From the IMG/VR virus record IMGVR_UViG_3300036719_003654: a stretch of DNA of 64,000 nt. One strand, 5' to 3'. Under the pieces are notes generated by a model. That model was not told the DNA's origin. It saw only the letters and a program-made list of their open reading frames with translations, and did not search any database. Made by a program: the position numbers and the translations under genes. Every line of letters starts with the position of its first letter. Within the stretch, counting starts at the first letter, position 1. Positions 17,411 to 26,772 of the stretch are shown here, piece after piece. The DNA comes from an uncultured virus (IMG/VR IMGVR_UViG_3300036719_003654) (Duplodnaviria > Heunggongvirae > Uroviricota > Caudoviricetes).

Positions 17411-17998
17411 ATGATTCCGCTTCAACTGACTCTGAAAATCTACCATTCTAACCGTGTCCGGCTGGATATGGTCAAACTGCCCATTCCGACAAACCTGACC
17501 CGTTGGATAAACGAGGCTGTCACTAGGCGTTTGGACAGTGAACACCCTGAAACCATTGGAGCGGTGGAAGTTTTGCCGCCCGAACCTGAAAAGCCTATCA
17601 ACCCTATGGAGTTGTGGGAGAAAGCGAAGCAGGCTCCAAAGCCGTTGGACTTTCTCGGGCCGTACAGAATCAAATATGGGCAATATCCCGCTTTTCTGGC
17701 GCTCGCTGAAGGCCAGCGGCGTGAGTTGAAGAAAAAGGGCATCATCCTTGGACTGGAAGACCTTTTGGAGATTGTGGCGAAAAAGAACGGCATGGAATTG
17801 AGCGAAGACGAAAAGGTTTCCTTCATGGCCGAGCATCGCCAGAAACAATTGGAGGTTGCGGCGGAATCAAAACTGGAAAGTTTCGACGAAATCCCGGAAG
17901 ACGTGAGAGGACATCCCCGGAAGTACGCGGAATGGGATGCAAAGCGGCAGGCTCATCTTGCAGCGGTGGAAACCGATTTCTGGGGGGCTGCTGTATGA
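17411..17998 (+). CDS. Ribbon-helix-helix-like regulator 1, ends DFWGAAV
   Basis: LTLKIY...NLTRWINEAVTRRL. Confidence 0.65.
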   Translation: MIPLQLTLKIYHSNRVRLDMVKLPIPTNLTRWINEAVTRRLDSEHPETIGAVEVLPPEPEKPINPMELWEKAKQAPKPLDFLGPYRIKYGQYPAFLALAEGQRRELKKKGIILGLEDLLEIVAKKNGMELSEDEKVSFMAEHRQKQLEVAAESKLESFDEIPEDVRGHPRKYAEWDAKRQAHLAAVETDFWGAAV

Positions 17999-18252
17999 TC
18001 CTGAAGAAAATACTTTTGACTTATTATCCGGTGACTCGTGCGCGGCTGGAACTTGCTCGTATCCCGCTTGGGATGTCCATCACGCGCTGGATTAACTCGG
18101 CTATTTGTGAGAAGCTGGACCGTGAACAGCCAGAAACGATTTTGGAGGTTGCGCCGGTTGAAGCTTCGCCCGTTGTCGCTCCTGATACCGATTTTTGGGG
18201 TGAGGATGAAGCCGACAAGGTTCGGGCGCTCGTCAAACGTCACACACGGTAA
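17995..18252 (+). CDS. Ribbon-helix-helix-like regulator 2 (paralog), contains DFWG
   Basis: ILLTYY...SITRWINSAICEKLDREQPET; ATGA overlap. Confidence 0.65.
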   Translation: MILKKILLTYYPVTRARLELARIPLGMSITRWINSAICEKLDREQPETILEVAPVEASPVVAPDTDFWGEDEADKVRALVKRHTR

Positions 18253-18349
18253 AAGCTGGCGATAGCACATTGGAGGGGCGGCACGTTTCGCGCGTGCTGC
18301 CCTTTTTCGTGTCCTTGACTGGGGGGCGGGAGGATGGCAAGGTGACGGC

Positions 18350-18886
18350 ATGGCAAATCATCAAGTGACGGAGTATTGGCCGGAGATAAGGCGATTGGCG
18401 GAACTCGGCGTCCCGCTCGCCGACTTGGCGGAAAAATTCAAGGTCAACGCCAAGACCGTATACAACCGATGCGCTTCCGAGGATTGGTTGATCCCGAAAC
18501 GGTTAAAGGCGAAACTAGATCGGGTAAGTAGGGAATCCGGTTTTGACCCGCTTTTGGGGGGAAAATCCCCCTCTGAGTTTTCGCGTTCCCTCTTGGTTGA
18601 GACGTGGCAGGAGAAGGCGGAACACGTTCGTACCGTGGCTTATGAGGCAGCGATTCAAGCGATTGAGTCCAGTTCCGGCAACATCGTAATCGAATCGGCC
18701 AGTGACCTGAAACATGCGGTTCACGTCGCACGCCAAGCAACCGGAGTTCTCGACACGGACGCCCCCCAGATCCAGCTCTCCTTGTTCGCGAATCAGGACA
18801 TTTCTGGCCCTGCAATTATGGAGAGTCAAACGTATGAGGCCGAGACGTTACAGCCAGTGCAAGAGGATGCGGATTTCTGGGGATAA
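18350..18886 (+). CDS. Terminase small subunit-like HTH protein, ends DADFWG
   Basis: WPEIRRLAELGVPLADLAEKFKVNAKTVYNRCASEDW N-terminus, followed by a helical core. Confidence 0.6.
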   Translation: MANHQVTEYWPEIRRLAELGVPLADLAEKFKVNAKTVYNRCASEDWLIPKRLKAKLDRVSRESGFDPLLGGKSPSEFSRSLLVETWQEKAEHVRTVAYEAAIQAIESSSGNIVIESASDLKHAVHVARQATGVLDTDAPQIQLSLFANQDISGPAIMESQTYEAETLQPVQEDADFWG

Positions 18887-19000
18887 GTATGGAGATTCAG
18901 CGGAGAATGCAGGGTTTAGGGGTGCATCCTCCTTTCCATTACAGTCATTAAATGTAGCTAATACATTGTAGATACACGGGAAGGAAACACTGCGGACACG

Positions 19001-19146
19001 CAGACAAGGAGGCACCGGGCTAAGTACCTAGCAGGCGGAGCACGAGAGCAGGGGGTGAGCGGTGCCTCCTTGTCTGTGCTGCGGGGTGAAGGGTCACGCG
19101 GGTCCGGTGTGACCATTGAGCGCGAACCTCTCTTCACGTACTTAGC
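19001..19146. other. Structured non-coding element (17-bp inverted repeat, pseudoknot potential)
   Basis: 19001-19017/19060-19076; 19019-19027/19138-19146; 19086-19091/19132-19137; 19092-19097/19109-19114. Confidence 0.7.
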
Positions 19147-19300
19147 TCCGTACCAGTTTTGCTCTTGAAACCCAACCTTACACCACCCCCTCTACCGCTC
19201 ACCTCGGCACCCCTACCCCCTTCAAAGTTCAAACCCAAATTTTTCACAGCATCCGAGAATCCCATCTTTACATTACCTGAGAGTCTGCTATATCGCCTCC

Positions 19301-20095
19301 ATGAAAATCGACTTCACACCGTTCCCCCAGCAGAGGCAGAAGAAGGAAAACCGTCCCAAGGCCAAGGAGCGCAGGCCCAGCAGGACCACGTTCATCGACC
19401 TCACCGGCAAACGCTTTGGCCGGTGGACTGTTCTCCACGAGTCGCCGAAACCCAGGAAAGGCCAGACACGCTGGCATTGCCTCTGTGACTGCGGCAAGGA
19501 GAAGCCCGCTGTCCTCTATGGCGGACTCGTCAGCGGCGCGTCAAAGTCATGCGGCTGTCTCCGCATGGAGGGTCTGGTGAAGCCCACCCACCAAGTCCAC
19601 GGCCAGCGCAACCCCACCTACCGCATTTGGCAGGGCATGCGGACACGCTGCTACAACCCGCTGCACCCGTCCTACCGCAACCACGGTGAGCGGGGGATCA
19701 CCATCTGCCCGCAGTGGCAGGATGATTTCGACCAGTTCCTCAAAGACATGGGACCGCGCCCCGAAGGGTTGTCCATCGAACGCATCGACAATGAGGGGAA
19801 CTACACGCCCGAGAATTGTAAGTGGGGCACCCGCTGTGAGCAGGCAGGCAACACCCGCAGGAACCTCGTGGTCGAGTGGAACATGGTCCAGTGCAACCTG
19901 ATCGACGTGGCACGCATGGAGAACGTGGATTACGCCAGCCTGCGCTACCACGTCTTCCACAAGGGACGCCCCTTGAAGACGGCAGTGGCGATCCTGCGGG
20001 CATCGGGGCAAGCCTTCTACGAGATATCCAGTGAGAAAGGATCAACGCGGAAGAACAAGACCGACGAGAAGCGGAACAGGAGAATCAAGCTATGA
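19301..20095 (+). CDS. HNH-type homing endonuclease
   Basis: IDLTGKRFGRWTV, WHCLCDCG, SCGC, WQGMRTRC, SIERIDNEGNYTPENCKW. Confidence 0.88.
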   Translation: MKIDFTPFPQQRQKKENRPKAKERRPSRTTFIDLTGKRFGRWTVLHESPKPRKGQTRWHCLCDCGKEKPAVLYGGLVSGASKSCGCLRMEGLVKPTHQVHGQRNPTYRIWQGMRTRCYNPLHPSYRNHGERGITICPQWQDDFDQFLKDMGPRPEGLSIERIDNEGNYTPENCKWGTRCEQAGNTRRNLVVEWNMVQCNLIDVARMENVDYASLRYHVFHKGRPLKTAVAILRASGQAFYEISSEKGSTRKNKTDEKRNRRIKL

Positions 20096-20580
20096 AAAAC
20101 CTGCACCCCAGCGAGAACAAATTCCACGTCGGCAACGGGGATGACGGGAAGCACTACTGGCTGACACCACCTGAACTCTACGCAGAGTTGAACGCTGAGT
20201 TTCATTTTGACTTCGACCCGTGCCCCTGCCCAAAGCCTGACGATTTCGACGGGCTGACGTGTGAGTGGGGCAAGAGCAACTGGGTCAACCCGCCATTCGG
20301 CAGCATCATCCATGAGGGAAAAAAGAAAGGCCCGACCGCGTGGATGCGGAAAGCTATTGAAGAGCAGCAGAAGGGCAAACTGTCGGTGGTGGTCTATCCT
20401 GTGGACAAATGGGTGTTGATGATGCTCAAAGCCACGGGGGCGACGAACGTGCGCAACCTTGGAGACGTACGCTGGTGCGCCACGGAAGACGGGTCGCGGG
20501 GCAAAGGAACTGGACGGCACATCGCCATGTTCATCCTGCGCCCCGGAGAACCCTCCCCACCAGACGACTTCTGGGGCTAA
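20092..20580 (+). CDS. Phage DNA N6-adenine methyltransferase-like protein, ends DDFWG
   Basis: WLTPPELY...FDFDPC...DGL...WVNPPF. Confidence 0.8.
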   Translation: MKNLHPSENKFHVGNGDDGKHYWLTPPELYAELNAEFHFDFDPCPCPKPDDFDGLTCEWGKSNWVNPPFGSIIHEGKKKGPTAWMRKAIEEQQKGKLSVVVYPVDKWVLMMLKATGATNVRNLGDVRWCATEDGSRGKGTGRHIAMFILRPGEPSPPDDFWG

Positions 20581-20604
20581 CCCCTCATCTTTACACTTTC
20601 TTGA

Positions 20605-20619
20605 TTGACAACCTGTCAA
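20605..20619 (+). promoter_or_regulatory. -35 box within the palindrome TTGACA-ACC-TGTCAA (operator candidate)
   Basis: Perfect 6-bp inverted repeat upstream of 20642; similar TTGACAATCTGTC at 7820-7832 (-). Confidence 0.5.
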
Positions 20620-20641
20620 CCCCGTAGCACCGTCACACCCT

Positions 20642-21704
20642 ATGAGCGAACCACAAGCAAACCCACTCTTCCTCCGACGCGCCCGCAAGATCAACACCAT
20701 CGCCGAGGCCATTGACGGTGCGGCGGGGTACCTGAACAGCGGAGAGTTTGAACGGCAGGCGGCAGCCGCCTTCAATGGCAACTTCGGCCCCGAGCCGTTC
20801 GTCACCTTACAGATCACACTACGACGCGACCCCAAGCAGCCCGGCGCGTTTTCGTACCGCTGCAACACCAACGTCCGCCACGACATCGGCTCGGGCGTCA
20901 GCTTCTACGGACTTCAGCCATGAACACGATCACACTCAAAGACACTGACGGCGGCGAGTGCCGCTTCACGCAAAACGAAGATGGGCAGGTTCGTGTGAAG
21001 TCGATAACGCTGGATGGAGTAGAGTACTCTGACATCGCCACCCCCGTTGAGGCAATGCTGTTCCAACGCCTGCTCGAACTCTCGTGGGTACCCATCATCG
21101 AGCGCCTGCCCACGCGGGAAGACGCCAACGACTTTGCCGACGTGGAGTGGTCGGACGGCAAGCAGGTGTGGGAAGGCACGTTCAACGAACTCCACGACAC
21201 CGCAACCCATTGGAAGAGGATCGTGCTCCCATGACCACCGACGAACATCTCGACAAAATCGTGGAGCGGTGCCGTTCTGTTGCCGCCACCCCTGAAATGC
21301 TCCTGGTCCACGCGATGTTCAGCACAACCATCGTCGCCATCGAAGGGCTGCGGCTCATCGCCAGCCAAGGGTCGCACCCGGAGAGCAGTTCCGCCAAGTG
21401 CGACCTGCACAAGATCATCAATTTTTGGCCTGAAGAACTTCTTTGACAGCCACACCATTCAACCTTACACATTAATATAATGACTGACCTGCCCCAAGAC
21501 CCGCGCCTCAACCAAACCATACAGGCGTTCTCCGCCTACATGGCGGCATCCGAAGTGGCGCGAGTAGCCATCGGAGTGATTGAGGTGGCACTGAAAAAGG
21601 GGCTGCACCATTCCCGCCCATCGCTGGAGCAGGCTGTCCCGCTGCTCAGAGCGCAGTTGACCGACATCAGCCTGGGTCTCGACCCCAACACACCACCTTC
21701 ATGA
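20642..21704 (+). CDS. Four small hypothetical genes (20642-20923, 20920-21234, 21231-21446, 21480-21704)
   Basis: Tandem same-strand ORFs, mostly ATGA-coupled. Confidence 0.6.
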
Positions 21705-22174
21705 AGATCCTCTGCATCCTCCAAAACCAATGGGCCAAAGATCCCGACCGGATTCTCGCCCTGCACGCCAAGCACCCCGGCAGGCGCAACGAGATCATCA
21801 CGCGCATGTTGTTCCGTGAATCTCTGACTGGTCAGCGCATTGAGATGGTCTTTGGCGACCTGATGGAGCAGCACGCCTTTATCTTCGACGAAGCGTCCAC
21901 CGTGGTCACGCCGTCCAGCAAAGGCAATCCGCCCTACAACGCCAACCACGTCCGCGAAACCATCACTCGCGTCCAGCCAGATGCCGTCATCACCTTCGGC
22001 TCGTCCTCGCGTCGGGCGGTGGAGGATGTGCGCAAAGCCAAACGTCTCAAGATCGACCTGCCTCCGGTGATTGAGTGTGTCCATCCCGCCATCCAGAAAC
22101 CCACCTGGATGCGGCAGATGCTAGCCACCAAAGCGGCGCTCAAGGAAATCATTAAACGGCTGCAACCCGTATGA
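21701..22174 (+). CDS. Uracil-DNA-glycosylase-fold-like protein
   Basis: VQPDAVITFG...VIECVHPA resembles UDG-superfamily C-terminal motifs. Confidence 0.45.
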   Translation: MKILCILQNQWAKDPDRILALHAKHPGRRNEIITRMLFRESLTGQRIEMVFGDLMEQHAFIFDEASTVVTPSSKGNPPYNANHVRETITRVQPDAVITFGSSSRRAVEDVRKAKRLKIDLPPVIECVHPAIQKPTWMRQMLATKAALKEIIKRLQPV

Positions 22175-23124
22175 AAACCCCCTCCCTGATCGAAGACGGA
22201 CACACCCTCGACCTGACTCCCTGGTGGCATCGGTGCCTGCAAAAGCTCCTCCCGTTCAAGCGTCGGAAGGTGGTGGCACTGGAAGACGTGTTGCCGCTGC
22301 TTGATGCACTGGAAAGCGTCGAAGCCCAAGGCCGTCCGCACAGTCGCGTCTGCGGGTGTGAGTTGTGCGAGACCTGGGATCAAGTTCACTACGCCTACAC
22401 CAAGTTCATCTTCAAACATCCACTGCCATGAGTACCTCTGAATCTTCCGCAATCGAGTGGTTCACCAAAGACCGCGAAGGCGAGACACCTAAACGCCCGG
22501 ACGGTTCCATCGACTTTGAGGATTTGTGCGGGGAGTTCCTGGTTGAAGGAGTGCCCTACAAGACTGTAAAAGAAAAATACGACGCACTTCCACCCTATCT
22601 AAAACTTGACGTATGACCAACTCCCACTGGCTCACCCTCTCCGCCACCCTCCTGATCATCTCCGCCCTGCTGGTCGGGCGCTGGGTCTATGAGGTGTTCC
22701 GCTACACCAAGGAAAAGCGCATCGCGTTGGAGGCCCAACGGCACATGCTGCGTTTCTGCAAACACCCCACACGCCGCAACTGGGAGAACGCCTGGATATT
22801 CATCACTGACAACGAGGTCAAGCTCGGCGAGTTGGACTGGCCGCTGGTCGAGCGGTTCACCAAAACAGCGGTCGCCATCAACTTTCCACCCGAGGAGGTG
22901 AAGGCATGAATTTCAAACATTTCACATACACCTTCATCGGCGTCGTGTTTTTCAGTTTCGCCGCATTTGTCGGGATGTTCTTCCTGACCGTCCAACGCAG
23001 CAGAGAAGCAAATCGTGTTGCGTTGGACGTTTGGAATCGCACCCACCCTGAGATGCGCCTGACTCGTGAGGAGTTCGACGCGCTCAGCAACAGGCGCATG
23101 CTGAATCTTAACAAATCCGACTGA
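22171..23124 (+). CDS. Four small hypothetical genes (22171-22431, 22428-22616, 22613-22909, 22906-23124); the last two have an N-terminal TM
   Basis: ATGA-coupled chain. Confidence 0.6.
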
Positions 23125-23357
23125 TGCCCAACCCTCGCAAAAACCTCAAAGGCAAAACCTACGGCAGCCTCACCGTGCTGCGTCTGGCGAAGCCTGACAA
23201 CAGCGGCAACACGCAATGGCTGTGCCTCTGCGACTGCGGCAAGGAAACCACCGTGCGCTACCAGCACCTTTACACCGGACGCACCAAGTCGTGCGGCTGT
23301 GGCAAGAAGCGCGGGCGCAGCCTGGACCCGCTCAGCGAGGAGGCGTTCTGGGGATGA
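23124..23357 (+). CDS. Stand-alone HNH-associated Cys domain, ends EEAFWG
   Basis: NLKGKTYGSLTV...WLCLCDCG...TKSCGC, paralogous to the N-terminus of 19301. Confidence 0.75.
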   Translation: MPNPRKNLKGKTYGSLTVLRLAKPDNSGNTQWLCLCDCGKETTVRYQHLYTGRTKSCGCGKKRGRSLDPLSEEAFWG

Positions 23358-23656
23358 GTGCTGACGAGAGCAACTGGAAACCTGACTACTCCGTCACCCC
23401 TCGCCGTGTGGTGTGCGCAGCGAACCGCCACAAGACCAAAGGCATCGTCGTCTGCGGAGTAAGGCATTGGGACAAACTTATGAGAGGACAAGTCGATGCC
23501 ATGGGAGAGAAACCCATCGGCTGGGATCAAGGGTTTGTGGATCAGTTTGGCGATTGGATGAACCGTGAGGAGGCTTGGAAGATCGCCACCGATCAAAATT
23601 AGATTGTCCGAGAAGTGTCCTCGCCGGGAACCCTTTACAGCGAGAATTTGTACTGA
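23354..23656 (+). pseudogene. Conserved phage gene interrupted by an in-frame TAG at 23600-23602
   Basis: QGFVDQFG...REEAWKIATDQN*IVREVSSPGTLYSENLY*; the family-like tail lies after the stop. Confidence 0.6.
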
Positions 23657-24019
23657 TCACCCCTTCTTCGCAGGTTTCCCCACCTCCCCGATGAACCCTT
23701 TCACCGGCTTGACCAGTAGCAGGCGCACGACCTTCCGGTAGTTCCGTTGCACCGTGATCCTGCTCACACCCAGTAGTTGAGCGATCTTCTTGCAGCCGAG
23801 CGTCCAGTCCACCTGCACCCACGAGGACAGCGGGATGAACCGGCGTGTGGTCTTCAACCTCTTGCGCTGATACCCGGCTTTCATCTCGGCGTGTCTCTCG
23901 CACAACTTGCTCTTGGGACAACGGATGGAGGGTTTGCCGCCGCAGATGGGGCACAGGTTTGCCCCCTTGCGCATCAGCGCCCACCGCTGTTGTTTTGAAA
24001 GTTCATCGAAATTTAGCAT
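23657..24019 (-). CDS. Zn-finger plus HTH protein
   Basis: CPICG...LCERH and KKIAQLLGVSRITVQRNY; divergent from the portal gene. Confidence 0.65.
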   Translation of the reverse strand: MLNFDELSKQQRWALMRKGANLCPICGGKPSIRCPKSKLCERHAEMKAGYQRKRLKTTRRFIPLSSWVQVDWTLGCKKIAQLLGVSRITVQRNYRKVVRLLLVKPVKGFIGEVGKPAKKG

Positions 24020-24100
24020 TGACCTGATATATACTTGGTGGCAGCATGCGGTCAATAGCCTATTGCGCCCGTGGGGAATGTAGGCTCTTATCCCGGCACC

Positions 24101-26413
24101 ATGCCCGAATTACCCTCATCTCTCGCCAAGCTGCCAACGGAGACTCCCCCGGTCCCGGACGCCACCGCCGCCACTCGCGTCAAGCGGGCAAGCGACGTGG
24201 TCAGCCAGTTCCAAACACTCTTCAACGAGGACTACATCGCCAGCCGCGACAGAGCGGTCGTGCAGTCCATGGCAGACCGACAGCCGCCCTACAGCGACGG
24301 CGTGCTGCGCAAGCTGGGCATCTCTGGCATCACCAACGTCAACTGGGGCGACTTGGGCGTTGCCCAGGCCGAGGCAGAGAAGCCGTACAATTCGGTGCTC
24401 ATGTCGATGTCGCACTTCGGCATCGTGCCCTTCAAGCGTGAGGCGATCAACCAAGGCGTCGTCTCTGAGTCAGACGCCGAGGGAATGCAGATGGTCGTGG
24501 CGGAGGAGCTTCACCGCATGATCACCGAATGGCGAGACTTCCGGTTCTGGTGGAAGCTGCTGGCCCACTACTTCTCCATGTGGGGCGTCGGGTTCAACTA
24601 CCGCGACGACAATCTCGACTGGCGTTGGAAGGCGGCGTCCCTTCAAGAGGTGAAAATTCCTCGCGGCGTCAAAGCAAGCGTCAACGAGGCCAACCACATT
24701 TTCATGAAGGTGGACATGACCCCGTCCGAACTTTTTGCCAAAGTGAAAGACCCCGAGGCAGGCAGGCTTACCGGGTGGAACGAAGCCGCGATTCGCAAGT
24801 CCTGCATCAACGCACAGCCCAAGCCGCTCGAAACGCAGTCGCCCGAAGCAATGGAGGCAATGTGGAAGGATAACGCTTTTTACGCAGGTAACACCAACGT
24901 CGTCATCCAAGCCGTCCACGGATTTGACAAAGAAGTGGACGGCACGGTCAGTCACTACATCGTGGACTACCTGCTCAACACGGACGACGCTGAGTTCCTC
25001 TACGAGAAGAAGGGCGAGTTCGGCAGCATGTCTGAGTTCATCAACGCTTACCTCTTCGGCGTCGGCACCAATGGCGATTTGCACAGCATCCGAGGCAACG
25101 CTTTCAACCTGTTCCCCGCCGCCAGTGCCCTCAACAAACTGCGGTGCAAGCTGGTGGACAAGGCCAACGACGAGGCCAACACCTTTCTTTCCACCGAGAA
25201 CGAAGATGCGACCATTGACAACATGATCGTGCCTCGTGGTCCGTATTTCCAGCTCTCCACCGGCACCACCTTCGTCGAGCGGACCACACCCCCGGTCGCC
25301 CAGAACCTCGTACCCGCCATCTCCGCGATGAACGAGGTGTTCCGTACGCAGTCCTCGGGCATGGCTCCGCGCTCCACCAGCCAGTCGGAGGAGGGGCAGA
25401 AGACCAAGTACGAGCTTCAACGGCGGGACGAGATCGACTCCTCGCTCACCAGCGATGCCATGGACATGTTCATGGAAGCGTGGAAGTGGGACTACCGCGA
25501 GGTGGTCAAGAGGGTCATCAACCCGGAGCTTCACCCCGACCATCCGGGCGGTGCGCAGGCGTTTGAGTTTCGCAAAAGGTGTATCGAACGTGGGGTGCCC
25601 GAGCAGGCGTTGCTCTTGCTCGACTACGACCGGATCACCCTCAACACGGGCATCGGTCGTGGGTCGAGCGCCGAGCGCCGGTCAGTGCTCTCCAACTTGA
25701 ACGAGACCATCTATGGTCGCCTCGACCCCGAGGGGCAGCAGACCCTCACCCGCGACACCATTGCCGCGCAGACCGACTACCGTTACGCCCTGTCGCTCGT
25801 GCCACGGATGGCCGGGCAGCGTCCGCCAATCGACAAGCAGATCGCCAACAACGAGAACCAACTTCTTCAGGTCGGCGGCAACGCCATCATCGTGCCGAAC
25901 CAGAACCACGAGGTTCACGTCAGCACTCATCTCGAACTGTTGCAGGCGCTCAACGCCGCGCTCTCCAACGTCGAGATGGAGTTGGAAGAAGCCATTCCGG
26001 TCATGCAGAAGGCGTCCGAGCACTGCGGCATGCACATGGAGTACCTCGACCCAGAGAGTGCCCCCTACCGCGAGTTCAAGCAGCAGCTTCAACAGCTTGG
26101 CGAGGTCATCACCAACGGCGCGAAACATCTGGAGGCCGAACGGCGCAAAGCCGAGAAGGAGCAGGCCAAGATGCAGGGGATGCCCGCCACCGAGGACGGC
26201 ACCCCTCCCGGCGTGTTCGGACAGGCGGTGGACGCCGCCGCCAAGATGGAGTTGCTTACCCAGCAGGGTCTCACCAAGATGGAACTCCAGAAACGGGAGG
26301 CCGATCAAAAGCTCCTCATCAACGACGCCTTCGCCGCGCAGAAGCTCAAACACATGGAAGCCCAGCAGCAGGTTAAAGCGCGGGCACCCCAGAAGACACC
26401 TCCCCAAGCATGA
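24101..26413 (+). CDS. Portal protein (putative)
   Basis: About 770 aa, first gene of the head operon, with a Gln-rich helical C-terminus; positional call. Confidence 0.7.
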   Translation: MPELPSSLAKLPTETPPVPDATAATRVKRASDVVSQFQTLFNEDYIASRDRAVVQSMADRQPPYSDGVLRKLGISGITNVNWGDLGVAQAEAEKPYNSVLMSMSHFGIVPFKREAINQGVVSESDAEGMQMVVAEELHRMITEWRDFRFWWKLLAHYFSMWGVGFNYRDDNLDWRWKAASLQEVKIPRGVKASVNEANHIFMKVDMTPSELFAKVKDPEAGRLTGWNEAAIRKSCINAQPKPLETQSPEAMEAMWKDNAFYAGNTNVVIQAVHGFDKEVDGTVSHYIVDYLLNTDDAEFLYEKKGEFGSMSEFINAYLFGVGTNGDLHSIRGNAFNLFPAASALNKLRCKLVDKANDEANTFLSTENEDATIDNMIVPRGPYFQLSTGTTFVERTTPPVAQNLVPAISAMNEVFRTQSSGMAPRSTSQSEEGQKTKYELQRRDEIDSSLTSDAMDMFMEAWKWDYREVVKRVINPELHPDHPGGAQAFEFRKRCIERGVPEQALLLLDYDRITLNTGIGRGSSAERRSVLSNLNETIYGRLDPEGQQTLTRDTIAAQTDYRYALSLVPRMAGQRPPIDKQIANNENQLLQVGGNAIIVPNQNHEVHVSTHLELLQALNAALSNVEMELEEAIPVMQKASEHCGMHMEYLDPESAPYREFKQQLQQLGEVITNGAKHLEAERRKAEKEQAKMQGMPATEDGTPPGVFGQAVDAAAKMELLTQQGLTKMELQKREADQKLLINDAFAAQKLKHMEAQQQVKARAPQKTPPQA

Positions 26414-26769
26414 ACACACCCATCCTGTCCAGCCCCGAGATCAGCCGGTTCAGGTCTTCTGCCCCGTTGCAGGAAGCTCTGAAAGCCGAGTTGAAGCTGC
26501 CCGGCATTTCCGCCGCTCTCGCCGCCATCGCCAGCACCACGCTGCCACGGAGCATCCCCGGCAGTATTCCCGGCAACCACCCGGACACTGCCATCGCGCA
26601 TCAGTTCTTCCGCATGTTCGGGGTGCAGCAGGTGCTCTCCACGTTGGAAGCCATGTCCGTCGCCCCTGGCAAGCACATCCTGGAGCAGGTGCCCGAGGTG
26701 GACGCTTTCACCACCACCCTGCCGCCCGAGTTTGCTGATCCCCTCCCGCCTGACCAAAGGAAGAAATAG
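26410..26769 (+). CDS. Hypothetical head-region protein
   Basis: ATGA overlap; lies between portal and scaffold. Confidence 0.7.
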   Translation: MNTPILSSPEISRFRSSAPLQEALKAELKLPGISAALAAIASTTLPRSIPGSIPGNHPDTAIAHQFFRMFGVQQVLSTLEAMSVAPGKHILEQVPEVDAFTTTLPPEFADPLPPDQRKK

Positions 26770-26772
26770 TTT

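Noticed and set aside
23600..26772. Genome-wide TAG-to-Gln recoding (TAG at 23600; in-frame TAG-TTT-ATG at 26767)
   Set aside because: Long genes, including the 3422-aa one, are intact under the standard code, and I saw no suppressor tRNA.
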